Shown here: positions 45,205 through 58,937 of the stretch, piece by piece
Layout: every line of letters begins with the position of its first letter
How positions within the stretch are numbered: position 1 is the first letter of the stretch
Assembly (NCBI GenBank): GCA_964016885.1
Contig: OZ024743.1
Location: 255,812,001 to 255,876,000 of the forward strand
DNA from: Eledone cirrhosa
Lineage: Eukaryota
Direction of reading: 5' to 3'
DNA length: 64,000 nucleotides
Made by a program: the position numbers and the translations under genes
Notes under the pieces: generated by a model
Told to the model about the DNA's origin: nothing
What the model saw: only the letters and a program-made list of their open reading frames with translations
Databases searched by the model: none

Positions 45205-45238
<34 letters not shown>

Positions 45239-45437
45239 ATCATCATCATCAGTAACATTTTACATCTGCTCTCCCTGATGGCATGAGTTGTGTATGTTTC
45301 TGTATGTGTTGTATATATTTCATACCAGCATAGAAAATGGACATAAAATTATTATATTAATATAAATGTGTGTTTGTATGTCTGTGTATATCTATAAGTA
45401 TATCTTTCTATCTATATCTATCTATATATTTATTGGG

Positions 45438-45499
<62 letters not shown>

Positions 45500-45670
45500 A
45501 TTAATATATATATATATATATATACATATACACACACACATCTATATATTATATGCCATTGTTTCCAAGGTTTTACTTTTATTAGTTTTTTATATGCTTT
45601 GTTAGTTTTTGTATTTTTCATTCATCATTTGTGCTTTTCTAAACCTTGTTGAAGATTTGACCAAGAAATA

Positions 45671-45712
45671 TGGTAAACATTGACATAGAATATTCTATGT
45701 CAATGTTTACCA
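45671..45712. repeat. Perfect 42-bp palindrome
   Basis: TGGTAAACATTGACATAGAAT|ATTCTATGTCAATGTTTACCA. Confidence 0.9.
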
Positions 45713-45904
45713 GCATGTTTCTATGCTGCATGCCATCAACTAATACAATATCTTATACCACATGGACATTAAATAGATATCACATACATAATATTCCTTT
45801 TACTTGTTTCTACTACTGATGATAGAGAAGAATGAATATTTATATGAATTATACTTTTTTGCTGTATTACAACTGTTTTCAAGAGAAACCATGTAAATAT
45901 TGAT

Positions 45905-46950
45905 AATATTTGGCACAAGGTCAGCAATTTTGAGGGGAAAGAGGGGGAAGTTGATTAATTTAACCCCAGTGCTTGATTAGCATATTAGTTTATCTACCAG
46001 AAGGATTTAAACAGAGAACATTTAAACTAAATAATGATTTCTTGTATAGTCACAAGGCCAGTCATGATATTTATAATAATATCTTGATCAACCCTTTTTG
46101 ATACTAAACCCAATAATATTTATAATAATTGTTTCTACTTTTGGCACAAGGCCAGCAATTACCCAGTGCATTACTGGTACTTTATTTTATCAACCCCATA
46201 AGGATGAAAGGCAAAGTTAACCATGGTGGGATTTGAACTCAGATCATGAAGGGCCGTAACTCTATGCTGCAAGGCATGGCATCTGACCCTCTACCGATAA
46301 TGCCAATCCACCACCCTACAACAACAACAATAATAATGGTTTCTGATTTAGGCCCAAGGCCAACAATTTGAGTGTGAGTAAAGTCAATTAAATCAACCCC
46401 AATGCATTGCTGGTATTTACTTTCTCAATCACTTAAGGATAAAGGGCAAAGCTAAGCATGATGGGATTTGAAATCATGGTCTGAAGGGATGTAACTGCAT
46501 ACCACAAGCATGCTGTCCAATTCTCTAACAATACTGCCAATCCCCTGCCTTTATAACAACATTAATAATAGGAACTTTGTGCTTGTTACCACTAAACCTG
46601 GGAGGCTAACTTGAGCAAATATATGCCAAAACCTGCCCAGTTTGGCACTGCACATATCAGAAAAGTGATGTCTCTCTAAGGTCCTTGTTGAGACTCACCA
46701 GACAGTAGAAGATACTGTAACCATCACATTTACTGTGAAATTCATCATTATTTCATTAATTGGTAACATTATTTCATCAAATCCCGCCGAGGTTAACTTT
46801 CATCCTTACGGGGTAGATAAAATAAAGTACCAGTAATGCACTGGCTAATTGCTGGCCTTGTGCCAAACGTAGAAACAATTATTTTATTAACTCCAAATGG
46901 ATGAAAGGCAAAGTTGAATTTGATGGGATTTAAACTCAGAACTGAAAAAG
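45905..46950. mobile_element. SINE cluster (mostly minus strand)
   Basis: Copies at about 45910-46010, 46128-46318 and 46335-46550 (minus), 46775-46880 (plus), 46890-46950 (minus). Confidence 0.8.
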
Positions 46951-47280
46951 ACGTGACTAAATAATTCTCCAACCCTTACCCTGATTGAAATAATTTGTGA
47001 GGGAAAAGTATGGCATGCCATAAGTAACAACTGATGTCCCATGAGCAGAAAGGTCACATGATAGTGTGTCTTTCATTGTGTGGATTAGTAGTTAGTAGAC
47101 ACATGGGTGTGAGCTTATGCTTGACATGGATTTTTAGGTTGGAATTTTTGAAGAGAGTATGGTTTGTGCATTACACAGTTAGAGCTAGGCTTTAAGTGAT
47201 TTTTAGGAGTCACTTCTCCACCACTGTTGCATGTATTTAAGCCTGAGAATGAAAAAACTTCCTATTTCTGATAGACCCTG

Positions 47281-47480
47281 GAATGTATTTTGGTCATCCA
47301 ACTAGAGACCCTAGAATAGAATCTTAGTCATTGAACGTAGGAGACACAGGAACAGAGTCCTGGTCATTGAACCAGCGAGACCTCGGAATAGAGTCCTGGT
47401 CTTGAACCTGGGAGAATCTCGAATAGATTATTGGCCATTGAACCTGGAAGACCCAGGAATACAATCCTAGTCATTGAACT
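47281..47480. repeat. Degenerate minisatellite, about 36-bp unit, about 6 copies
   Basis: Consensus GAATAGAGTCCTGGTCATTGAACCTGGGAGACCCAG, recurring at about 47281, 47314, 47350, 47386, 47421 and 47457. Confidence 0.8.
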
Positions 47481-47681
47481 TCTCTTCCTATAAATATGAA
47501 GACATTTAAAAACAAACACACTAGATAGATTGGATGTTTGGTTGTGTGTGGAAATAACAATTGAATGGTTCATTTAATAGACTGGCACTGTATCATACAT
47601 AGATATATAGATGGCTAGATAGTTAGATAGGCAAGTAGATAGATAAATAAATAGGTAGATAGATGTCTTGTTAAGTGGTTC

Positions 47682-47820
<139 letters not shown>

Positions 47821-47846
47821 CACACATACACACATACACAAACCCA

Positions 47847-47883
<37 letters not shown>

Positions 47884-48053
47884 GCACACATACGCACATA
47901 CACACACACATATATATATATATACTAATTGTATTCTGTGAAATGTTAAGTGAGATGTAAAAAAAAAGTATAAATATATATAAATATACATGTATGTTTA
48001 CTAATTGTATAATGTGAAATGTTAAATGATATATTAAATGTTAAATGAGATGG

Positions 48054-48091
<38 letters not shown>

Positions 48092-48310
48092 TTCTGTGTA
48101 TATATGTATATATGTGTGTGTGTATATATATATAGTAATTGTATTATTATGTTAAATGAGATGTAGAGATATATCCAGTGGCCTTTCCATTTAATTGTCT
48201 GGAAAATATAAGAATGAATTTAGGGAGACAACATATTGTGACTGTGCAGTGATGATAATGACTTTATATAAACTGGCCATTATCAACAGTAATGTCATGT
48301 TTAACAACAT

Positions 48311-48366
<56 letters not shown>

Positions 48367-48890
48367 TTGCTGCTGCTGCTGCTGCTGCTGCTACCACAAT
48401 CACAGCCACGACCATCAACACCACAACGAAAACTGCTACCACCACCACTACCACCATTACCAACTATACCACCACCTCCACAACTATAACAGCTACCATC
48501 AAGATGACCACTAATAACACCTCTACCACCATCATCATCAACACCACCATCAACACACACACCAACACCACCAACAGCAGCAGCAACTCCATCACTGCAA
48601 CCATTGCACATGCTACCATCACCACAACATCTCTATCACAACTGCCATCATCAATACTACCACTACTAATATAACTGCTATCATGTATAACAACATCAGT
48701 TCCACAAACACCATCTATACCACCAACACTAACGCCACCACCACTGGCCATAATCAACATCAATGTCATGATCCACACCACTACAACTATCATGAGCCAT
48801 CCCTGCTACCACTGCTACAACAATCACTACTCACACCACCTCCATCACATGATAACAACCACCATCAACAACATCGCTTTCACTACCACC
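48311..48890. repeat. (ACT)n-(GCT)n followed by ACC/AAC-rich low-complexity tract
   Basis: Direct inspection. The ORFs here are homopolymeric. Confidence 0.85.
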
Positions 48891-48984
48891 AATTTAGAAC
48901 TTAGATGAATTTCAATTAAAAGATTATTTACATATGTATGCATTAGTGTGTGTGCATATATATATATATATATAATTAATGTAT

Positions 48985-49123
<139 letters not shown>

Positions 49124-49247
49124 CACTAACGCATATCTTACGTTAAATATTTTCCATCTTGACGTTATAGTCACTTATATATTATGAAATACTGTTGGCT
49201 TCTTGTTCACATTAATTTCTCTATTTTCATTTATATATATATATATA

Positions 49248-50769
49248 TTCTCATAAATTGCTACAAAGGTAAAGGGGATGCTTTGGAGAGGAGCAATTAT
49301 AGGGGTATAAAACTGATAGATCAGGTTATGAAAGTGGCAGAAAGGATTTTAGCACAACTAATTAGAGAAAGGGTCAAACTAGATGAGATGCAGTTTGGTT
49401 TTGTGCCTGGGAAGAGTACAACAGATGCCCTCTTCTTGGTGAGACAAATGCAAGAGAGGTTCTTAGAGAAGAATAAGCCACTATACTTAGCCTTTGTTGA
49501 CCTAGAGAAGGCCTTTGATAGGGTACCCCGATCTGTCATCTGGTGGTCCCTAAGGAAGCTGGGTGTTGAGGAATGGCTTGTAAGGACAGTGCAAACTTTG
49601 TACAGAGGTACTCTCAGTAAAGTCAGGGTAGGAATGGAGTTTAGTGAGGAATTCCAGATACAAGTAGGAGTACATCAGGGTTCGGTCCTCAGCCCGCTCT
49701 TGTTCATTATAGTCCTCCAAGCCATAACAGAGGAGTTTAAGACTGGCTGTCCATGGGAACTTCTCTATGCTGACGATCTGGCTCTTATGGCAGAATGAGT
49801 AGAGGAGCGAGAGAATAAATTCCGGCTATGGAAACAGCAGTTGGAAGCAAGAGGGCTGAGAGTAAATCTAGCTAAGACAAAAGTGTTGATGAGTAGAAAA
49901 GAGGACAAAACCCTGATTCCGTCAGGGAAATGGCCATGTTCGATATGCAGAAAAGGAACTGGCATAAATTCTATAAAATGCACACAATGTAGGTCCTGGG
50001 TACACAAGAGATGTAGCGGGATAGCAGGCAAACTAACAGGTAGGGAGAACTATGTATGCAGTAGATGTACAGGGAAATTAGACAGTAGAAGTCGCACTGA
50101 TAGACACATTTTTCAAATGCGAGAGGGCGCTATAGAAGTGGTGGATAGCTTCCGGTACCTAGGAGATCAGATTAGCATGGGAGGAGGGTGTTCCGAGGCC
50201 ATAGTATCTAGAATAAGGACGGGTTGGAAGAAGTTTAGGGAGCTGCTTCCTCTGTTGACGAAGAAGGGTTTCTCCCTGCGTACGAAATGCCGGTTGTATG
50301 ATGCCTGTGTGAGGAGCGCGATGCTGCATGGTAGTGAGACATGGGCAGCTACCGCAGAAGATATGCGACGGCTGGAGAGAAATGAGGCAAGCATGCTCCG
50401 TTGGATGTGCAGTGTAAATGTGCGTGAACGACCCAGCGTAAATGTGTTGAGAGAGAAACTGTGTCTGAGAGGGATAGAATGTAGTGTACGGGAGAGGAGA
50501 CTGAGGTGGTATGGACATGTGATGCGCATGGAGGATGACCGATGGGTGAAGAAGTGCCAGGAAATGCCAGTTGAAGGAAGACGTGGTAGAGGTAGACCAC
50601 GAAAAACATGGGCGGAGGTGCTGAGAACAGACCTCAGATCATTGAAGCTCACGGTGGAGATGACGAGGGACCGTGACGAGTGGAGAGATGCTGTGCTGAA
50701 TAAGACCCGTTCCACCCTTGCAAGCAGGGAAAAGCGGACGTAAAATGATGATGATGATGATGATGATGA

Positions 50770-50770
<1 letters not shown>
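49248..50770 (+). mobile_element. Young 5'-truncated RTE LINE subfamily 2 (RT + PHD-like finger, single in-frame stop)
   Basis: ORFs 49184-49798 and 49841-50743 are in the same frame, split by one TGA. (ATG)n tail, and (TA)n on both sides. Confidence 0.95.
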
Positions 50771-50834
<64 letters not shown>

Positions 50835-50835
<1 letters not shown>

Positions 50836-50960
50836 AAAGGTAAACCAAAATAATAACACAGTCGGTACAATATATAGAAGGAATATATTAGGTTAATGCT
50901 TGAAATGGCAGGAAGAGGTCTTAACATTTTGGACGCTAGTCCTTCATCAGAAGTAATAAT
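50835..50960 (-). repeat. Short repeat with decayed minimal hammerhead, abutting (TA)n
   Basis: Minus strand CTT-CTGATGA-A-GGAC-tagc-GTCC-AAAATGTT-AAG, consistent with CGAAACGTT after CpG decay. Confidence 0.55.
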
Positions 50961-50983
50961 GAGAAGTAAGATAGATTGTGTGT

Positions 50984-51021
<38 letters not shown>

Positions 51022-52757
51022 GGAAATCTATACAGTGAGATTTGAACTACTGTCCTCTGGTTGGCGAAATAAATCATACAACCCCAGACACTAACTTGTA
51101 GCCTCATAGTTAAATGATTTCCTTTGTACTTTATTATTTTTTCTTTTGAAGATTTCTGTCACCAAACTGTTCCTTAGGGCCATCTGTACATTGTCAATGA
51201 CAACAGGGTTCTTCATGAATAGTCTGCTCCCTGCTGTCCAACAGACAATTCAGGTCAGTTTGTTCAAACAACCAGAGGCACCCTCTGACTTGTTGGGCTG
51301 AGCCATTCAGCCAGAAAACCAAGATATCCATACTTCCATTTGAATCCAACAAAAGTTCTATGCATCTTTTCAGACTACTACAGCATTGTTGCAAAACCAA
51401 TCACACATACATAACATACAATTACACTTTGACTCTTTGTTTTCCTGTGTTGTCAAAATAACTTCAACATAAGTTATATCTTAATAAAATTTATTAAAAT
51501 AGCTGTGTTTGTTATTGTTCATTAGATATTGCTAATGCAGCTTTATTTTCAACCCTCAACTTTCAACTACTGGCTATGCCAATGAACACAGTCACACATC
51601 TCGTCTTACTGAGACACAGACACAATTCCTTTGCCATCAGTCCCAAACATTAACACAGACTTGATAATACTTTTTCTTCCAATCTTAATTAACATTGAAA
51701 TCTAACTCCTGACTTGTGTTTCATTGCTTTCACTATCTTTCCCTTCTCCCGGTCAAACCTTTTTTTTTCCATCTCTTGCTTTCAACTTCTCTTGACATGT
51801 GAGTATCTCAAAGAATTCAGAAATTTGAGAAATTTGTAATTATAAAACGAATGAAATAGTAAAAATGTAATATGTAATGGAGTTGTGAAACAAAAACTAC
51901 ATTATAAATGACACTTAAATCCTTTTAATCTTCAAAATATTAAAACATCATAAATATATTTATACTCATGAGAATTTCAAAATCACAGCATCTAAAAATA
52001 ATGTGTTGATTACCTGTCTTGGCTTATCAATAGGGTTCAATTTTTTCCCTATTTCGCAGAAATAAAATAGGGCTTGCCTTATATTTGAGTACATGCAATA
52101 TATGTATACATACGTATATATATATATATATACATATATATACACATGCATCTATCGGTCATAGGTTGTGGAAAAATCATGAAGACAGAGATGTTGATAA
52201 ACAATATATCATTTATCAGTTATTATTAATAATTATAACTCATGTTTCAATACAGAAAACATTTTTGGTCTATGAAGTCTGGACTGTCATAGAATTAATT
52301 ACTTCATTGGGAGATATTGTTGCAGCGTCCCTTCAGGGAAAGCAATTATTATCTGTGGATGTGAGAGTGATTATGGGTTTTCATCTTTAATAGCAGCGGT
52401 AAATGAATTATAAAAATGTATTTGATATGTTGATGGTGATAAGTTTACTTTATTATTAAGATGGAGGAAATTATTGGGGCCATGGATTTGTGTCCAAACC
52501 ATTTGTAGGCAACATATATTCTGAATGGGACTTCAAATGTCCAGTTACATTGTTGTGTATATTTCTATGTGGTTCAATAATGGTGTTTTATTCAAGATAA
52601 GCTATTTACTTACAAAGAGGCCTGGCATTTGTAGTAGAGCAATATTAACTAAAAGTTTCATGGTCCACCATGCAATCTGCCAAGCCATATTAGGGTGAAT
52701 GACATGAATGTGACCTCCTCACTGTTGGGGAACTGGAAATTATGAACTGGAATGATA

Positions 52758-53142
52758 TAATTGTTTCTACTTTTGGCTCAAGGCCAGCAATTACCCACTG
52801 CATTACTGGTACTTTATTTTATCGACCCCGTAAGGATGAAAGGTAAAGTTAAACTTGGCCGGATTTGAACTCAGAATGGCAAGGGCCGTAACTCTATGCA
52901 TCAAAGCATGGCGTCCGACCCTCTACGGATTCTGGCAATCCACCGGAATGATATAATTGTTTCTACTTTAGACACAAGGCCAGCAATTACCCAATACATT
53001 ACTGGTACTTTATTTTATCGACCAGGTAAGGATGAAAGGCAAAGTTAACCTCGGCGGGATTTGAACTCACACTGTAAAGGGACGTAACTATGCTAGAAAG
53101 GATGGCGTCCAACCCTCTACCGATACTGCCAATTCACCGCCC
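52758..53142 (-). mobile_element. Two tandem tRNA-derived SINE copies
   Basis: 52758-52945 and 52955-53142. GAATGATATAA occurs at about 52750, 52946 and 53144 (TSD-like). Confidence 0.85.
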
Positions 53143-53674
53143 CGAATGATATAATAAACTCTATATATGACTATTTTTATCTGCTCAAAAAAGTCACTTA
53201 AAACATCTTTAAGTACACAGCATCTGACACCTAATGAACTAAATTCTACAACACAATGTTTACAAATGTGTCTCATTATCAAATAGTGTAAAATACTGTC
53301 TTACTCTCAGTAATATGTAATAATGTGACCTTCAGTTAGTTTGTCATTTATATCTCGTATGAGAACTGAAGGTCACATATATATTTTAAGTTTGTCATAT
53401 TTTGGTCCATTAAACATGTCACATTTAAATTGATTTATCAACCAATGGGAGTAGATGTTCCCATTCTGCAAATGTAATAGAATAACAAATGTTGTTTCTT
53501 TTTGATGAGTTTTTTTTTCAATTACTTGTATTTTCATTATTTTCATGATATATATATTCTGTGTTCTCTAGTCCACTTCTCTCTGTCTTCCTCCATATGT
53601 ATGCATATACATTTCTCTGTTAATGCTTGTATAGGTATGTACATATATAGGTATATATATATATATATAATTAT

Positions 53675-56600
53675 ATTAGTTTTGCGAGGTTTTTTATATG
53701 AAATCGTGTGTCGAAACAAATATTGTTATACTTGGGGAGGGTCATATTTGTGTAATATTGCCAGAATTAATAACAGAACACACTCACTGTTTGGTTGGTT
53801 TTCGCTTCTCGCTTCTGTGTCTTTTATATCGCTAATCTAACTTACTCGGTCCTCAATGTTGCCATTGACTGACCGACGGTCAAAAATAATACAGATACAA
53901 TATAGACACAAACACATATATATAGTATATCATAAATCTTTCTTTGCACATCTGCAACATCGTCAGTGGTGTTATATTTTCCTCCTGTTGTATTGTATGT
54001 CTACGCCATTTTTATTCAGTCTGTCTATATATCTATTTATTTATTTATTTGCTTGTTTGTTTATTTTATTTTGTCTTCTTTGCGCATGTGTTTGCGTGTG
54101 TGTATAGTGTTTTGTTTGCTGTGTGATGGGTGACTAGTGTGTGTTTATGTGCTTGTTGTTATTGTGCTTGTGTATGTATTTATTTATTTATTTATTTATT
54201 TATTTTATTTACTTATTTATACTTCTCTTAGGTCAGTGTTGTTTGTTTGGGTGTTGTTGTTATTCCATTCATTCTTTCTGTTTAGTCTTGGTCTTCTAAT
54301 TTCTATTTCACAGGCCTCTCTGATTTGCCTATCTGCTGGGTCATTTCTATGTTGAGATATTATTCTAATTTCTATGTTGTCTATGTTACCGTCATGTTGT
54401 TGTCTAGCATGTTCGTATAGTACTGACCCGTTTTTTCATCCTTTTAGTTCCCCCCAGTGTTGGTCTATCCTTTCACCTATGCTACGAGCTGTCTCACCTA
54501 TGTATGTTGTTGTCATGTTTCTGCAAGTACCCTCTGTACATCTTATGCTATAGACTACGTTTCTAGTTTTACAGTTTATCCGGGGGTTCACCTTACATAT
54601 GATACATTTCCTATTGGTACAGTGGGTTTTCTTAAAAGAGTAGGTTTTGCTGATCAGGGATTTTATGGTGGTTCCTGGCTTTTCTACCACCTTTATTTTT
54701 AAGTGGGTCTTTCTCAGGGCCTTTCTATACTGGTTAGCTAATTTCCCACCAGGGGTAGCGTCCACAAACATGACACTCTGGTATCTCTGGTTGTCGTACC
54801 ATGAGGTGGCTTTCCCTATCTTATGTCTAGCCCTATCTAAGCTATTCCAGGATTTGCTCCTGTATAATGGGCAAATTCCTTTCATGTCCAGTTCTATGAG
54901 GGTCTTATACTTCTCCATGGCTCCTTCGTATACTCTGACTCTGTCTCTTTGGTTGTAGCCAGAGAACTGCATGCGGTTGATGAAGTGTTGGATGTGTCTT
55001 TCCATTTCTGTTGGGTCGCACATGCGGGACACATTCTTCATCACTCGTACCAAATCTGCGATCAGAATATTAAACTTAGCACTACTGGACATTGCTGAGT
55101 TTTTGAGTATCAGGTATTTGGAGACCATGGGTTTAGCATAGTGTGAGTGAAGAATTTGGGCTCTCTCGTCTATAGTGTTAATCCAGAGTTCTGTGTCTAA
55201 TACAGGTAGTCTATTGTTAGGGTGTTTGGAAGGGAAGTCGATAGTTACAGTTATACTCTAGTGTATGGAATTAGCTATCTGCTGGATGCTTTCCATCGTG
55301 CTACGTTCTAAATCAAACTTGTTAGTGCTCTCTAGTGGGGGTGTTCTTATAACTATATTGATATCGTCTACATAACGAGAGTACATGATGAGGTCTATGG
55401 AGCTCTCATTAAGGAGATATTTAAGTCTCCTTTCCCACCATACCATGAAAAGGTTGGCAACATCACCAGCTATGCTGACGCCGATGGCTGCTCCCTCATT
55501 TTGGGTGTAGATCTTCTCGTTGAACTTAAATATGTGGCCCTTTATGGTAGTTTTGATACTAGCCCCTATTGCATGTGGGACCATTTTTCTTACCTGATCA
55601 TTGTTTTGTGGGGTCCGTATAGCTTTGGTCCACCCAATCCACCTCCCCATGGGAGTCATTTTTGCCATTGAGGTTATGGTGGGGAGTCTACCTCTTATAG
55701 GTCTACTAGGGCAGAAACGTCTAAGGTCATGGCTGTCTAGGTAGTCAGTGTCATAGGTAAGTCTAAGTAGAAGGCCCAGTTCGTCTGTGTCGACGTCGCA
55801 GACTCCACCTCACTCTCAATGATCATCTCCACACATCTTTTCACAGCAAAATCAATGTTAATGGATGGGTACAGTGACACCACATCCATGCTGCCTATTA
55901 TGCAGTTGGATAGGTTCCTGTTTTTGTTGTACTCACTGATTCTGCTGAGGAGGTCCTCTGTACTGTCACATACATCTGGGGACATCTTGATTATGGGGCG
56001 TATAACCATTGAGAGGAAGTAGGAGATCCTGTAGTTACTTGCTATATTAGCTCCGCATACGGGTCTTGTTGGTGGTCCTGTTGTCGGGTCATCGACTATC
56101 TTGTGGTCTTTGCGGAGCCCATACAAGGATGGCATGCCATTGTTAGACGCCTGAAAGTTGTTGGCAGTGCGTCTGCTTGGCTTTAGGATGTCAATCCACA
56201 TCATCATGTGAGCGTTGAGGATTTTCTCTCTCCCATCGTGTGTTTGTTGTGCAATTTCGTTCGTGTTGGTGATGTGGGGCTGCATAGCCTTGATATAGTT
56301 CGGCATGCTATCTATTGACATCCTACCAGACGTATCCATGGGTAGACATACTACCTCACCATCCCTTGTGCGCTGCTTGAGGCTAACCAAGCCTTCTACA
56401 GGTTTTCTCCCAAGTTGTTGGGCCTCTGGTCTGCTCTGTCTCTTAGTATACCTGTCTACTATTTGTCTAATCTTATTTCTAGCTATGGTGAACTGTGCCT
56501 CTGTCTCGTCATCTATTTGTTGTGGTATGCAAACTCTTTTATTAAAGGGTAACCTCGTAGGATAGATATTACCCATCTTATATGTTTTGACACTGACTAC

Positions 56601-58620
56601 CTAGACAGCCATGACCTTAGACGTTTCTGCCCTAGTAGACCTATAAGAGGTAGACCCCCCACCATAACCTCAATGGCAAAAAAGACTCCCATGGGAAAGT
56701 GGATTGGGTGGACCAAAGCTATACGGACCCCCCAAAACAATGATCAGGTAAGAAAAATGGTCGCACATGCAATAGGGGCTAGTATTAAAACTACCCTAAA
56801 GGGCCGCATATTTAAGTTCAACGAGAAGATCTACACCCAAACTGAGGGAGCAGCCATCGGCGTCAGCATAGCTGGTGATGTTGCCAACCTTTTCATGGTA
56901 TGGTGGGAAAGGAGACTTAAAGATCTCCTTAATGAGAGCTCCATAGACCTCATCATGTACTCTCGTTATGTAGACGATATCAATATAGTTATAAGAACAC
57001 CCCCACTAGAGAGCACTAACAAGTTTGATTTAGAACGTAGCACAATGGAAAACATCCAGCGGACAGTTAATTCCATACACCAGAGTATAACTGTAACTAT
57101 CGACTTCCCTTCCAAACACCCTAACAATAGACTACCTGTATTAGACACAGAACTCTGGATTAACACTATAGACGAGAGAGCCCAAATTCTCCACTCACAC
57201 TATGCTAAACCCATGGCCTCCAAATACCTGATAGCCCAAAACTGAGCAATGTCCAGTAGTGCTAAGTTTAATATTCTGATCGCAGATTTGGTACGAGTGA
57301 TGAAGAATGTGTCCCGCATGTGCGACCCAACAGAAATGGAAAGACACATCCAACACTTTATCAACCGCATGCAGTTCTCTGGCTACAACCAAAGAGACAG
57401 AGTCAGAGTATACGAAGGAGCCATGGAGAAGTATAAGACCCTCATAGAACTGGACATGAAAGGAATTTGCCCATTATACAGGAGCAAATCCTGGAATAGC
57501 TTAGATAGGGCTAGACATAAGATAGGGAAAGCCACCTCATGGTACGACAACCAGAGATACCAGAGTGTCATGTTTGTGGACGCTACCCCTGGTGGGAAAT
57601 TAGCTAACCAGTATAGAAAGGCCCTGAGAAAGACCCACTTAAAAATAAAGGTGGTAGAAAAGCCAGGAACCACCATAAAATCCCTGATCAGCAAAACCTA
57701 CTCTTTTAAGAAAACCCACTGTACCAATAGGAAATGTATCATATGTAAGGTGAACCCCCGGATAAACTGTAAAACTAGAAACGTAGTCTATAGCATAAGA
57801 TGTACAGAGGGTACTTGCAGAAACATGACAACAACATACATAGGTGAGACAGCTCGTAGCATAGGTGAAAGGATAGACCAACACTGGGGGGAACTAAAAG
57901 GATGAAAAAACGGGTCAGTACTATACGAACATGCTAGACAACAACATGACGGTAACATAGACAACAGAAATTAGAATAATATCTAAACATAGAAATGACC
58001 CAGCAGATAGGCAAATCAGAGAGGCCAGTGAAATAGAAATTAGAAGACCAAGACTAAACAGAAAGAATGAATGGAATAACAACAACACCCAAACAAACAA
58101 CACTGACCTAAGAGAAGTATAAATAAGTAAATTAAATAAAATAAATAAATAAATAAATAAATAAATACATAGACAAGCACAATAACAACAAGCACATAAA
58201 CACACACTAGTCATTCATCACACAGCAAACAAAACACTATACACACATGCAAATGCATGCGCAAAGAAGACAAAATAAAATAAACAAACAAGCAAATAAA
58301 TAAATAAATATATAGACAGACTGAATAAAAATGGCGTAGACATACAATACAACAGGAGGAAAATATAGTACCACTGACGATGTTGCAGATGTGCAAAGAA
58401 AGATTTATGATAAACTATATATATGTGTTTGTGTCTATATTGTATCTGTATTATTTTTGACCGTTGGTCAGTCAATGGCAACATTGAGGACCGAGTAAGT
58501 TAGATTACCGATATAAAAGACACAGAAGCGAGAAGCGAAAACCAACCAAACAGTGAGTGTGTTCTGTTATTAATTCCTGCAATATTACACAAATATGACC
58601 CTCCCCAAGTATGACAATAT
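53675..58620. mobile_element. Penelope-like element family B (RT + GIY-YIG), head-to-head inverted structure with about 2-kb arms
   Basis: Arms 53720-55753 (minus) and 56588-58620 (plus). Spacer continues the minus-strand RT (LYGLRKDHK, PTRPVC, SMDVVSLYPSI). Arms encode GAAIG, YSRYVDDI, LPVLD, VVYSIRC...YIGETARS..ER..QH. Tail 53675-53719. Confidence 0.95.
58369..58412 (+). ncRNA. Degenerate minimal hammerhead in PLE-B 3' end (mirror at about 53928-53972, minus)
   Basis: CCA-CTGACGA-tgTTGCA-gatg-TGCAAa-GAAA-GATT-TA-TG. Stem I is weak. Confidence 0.55.
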
Positions 58621-58937
58621 ATAATTATATATATATATATATATACACACATATATAATGTGTCAGAGGGCACATGGTATACTCAGCTGGAAAAATGTCA
58701 CTGGTCACAAGCTGTATGAACAACATCAAATGTGTGAAGAGGGTAGACAGGTATGTATAGGCGGCTGCTGGTCTTCCACAAAACACCTTGTCCAGACTGG
58801 TAATTCAAAACTGAATTTTCAAGGAGCAAATCCCAGGGTTAATTGTGAGTGAAGGGAGTCTTTATATATATAAACCGATATGTATATATAGATACGTTTA
58901 TATACATATATACAGAAATATATATATATAAATATAT

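Noticed and set aside
45810-45905. CTGATGA ... GAAACCATGTA as a hammerhead
   Set aside because: No convincing stem I or stem II pairing.
47281-47480. About 36-bp periodic repeat as a CRISPR array
   Set aside because: Units are adjacent and degenerate with no unique spacers, there are no cas genes, and the context is eukaryotic.
48191-48904. Thr-, Ser- or Leu-rich ORFs as a mucin gene
   Set aside because: Trinucleotide low-complexity tract with stops in the Thr frame and no domain context.
49796-49798. Single TGA in RTE copy as programmed readthrough
   Set aside because: Sibling copies have TCA (GAATCA at about 3236 and 21104), so it is a point mutation.
57244-57246. TGA at AQN-stop-AM in the right PLE-B arm as recoding
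   Set aside because: The left arm has TCA (Ser) here, so it is a copy-specific mutation.
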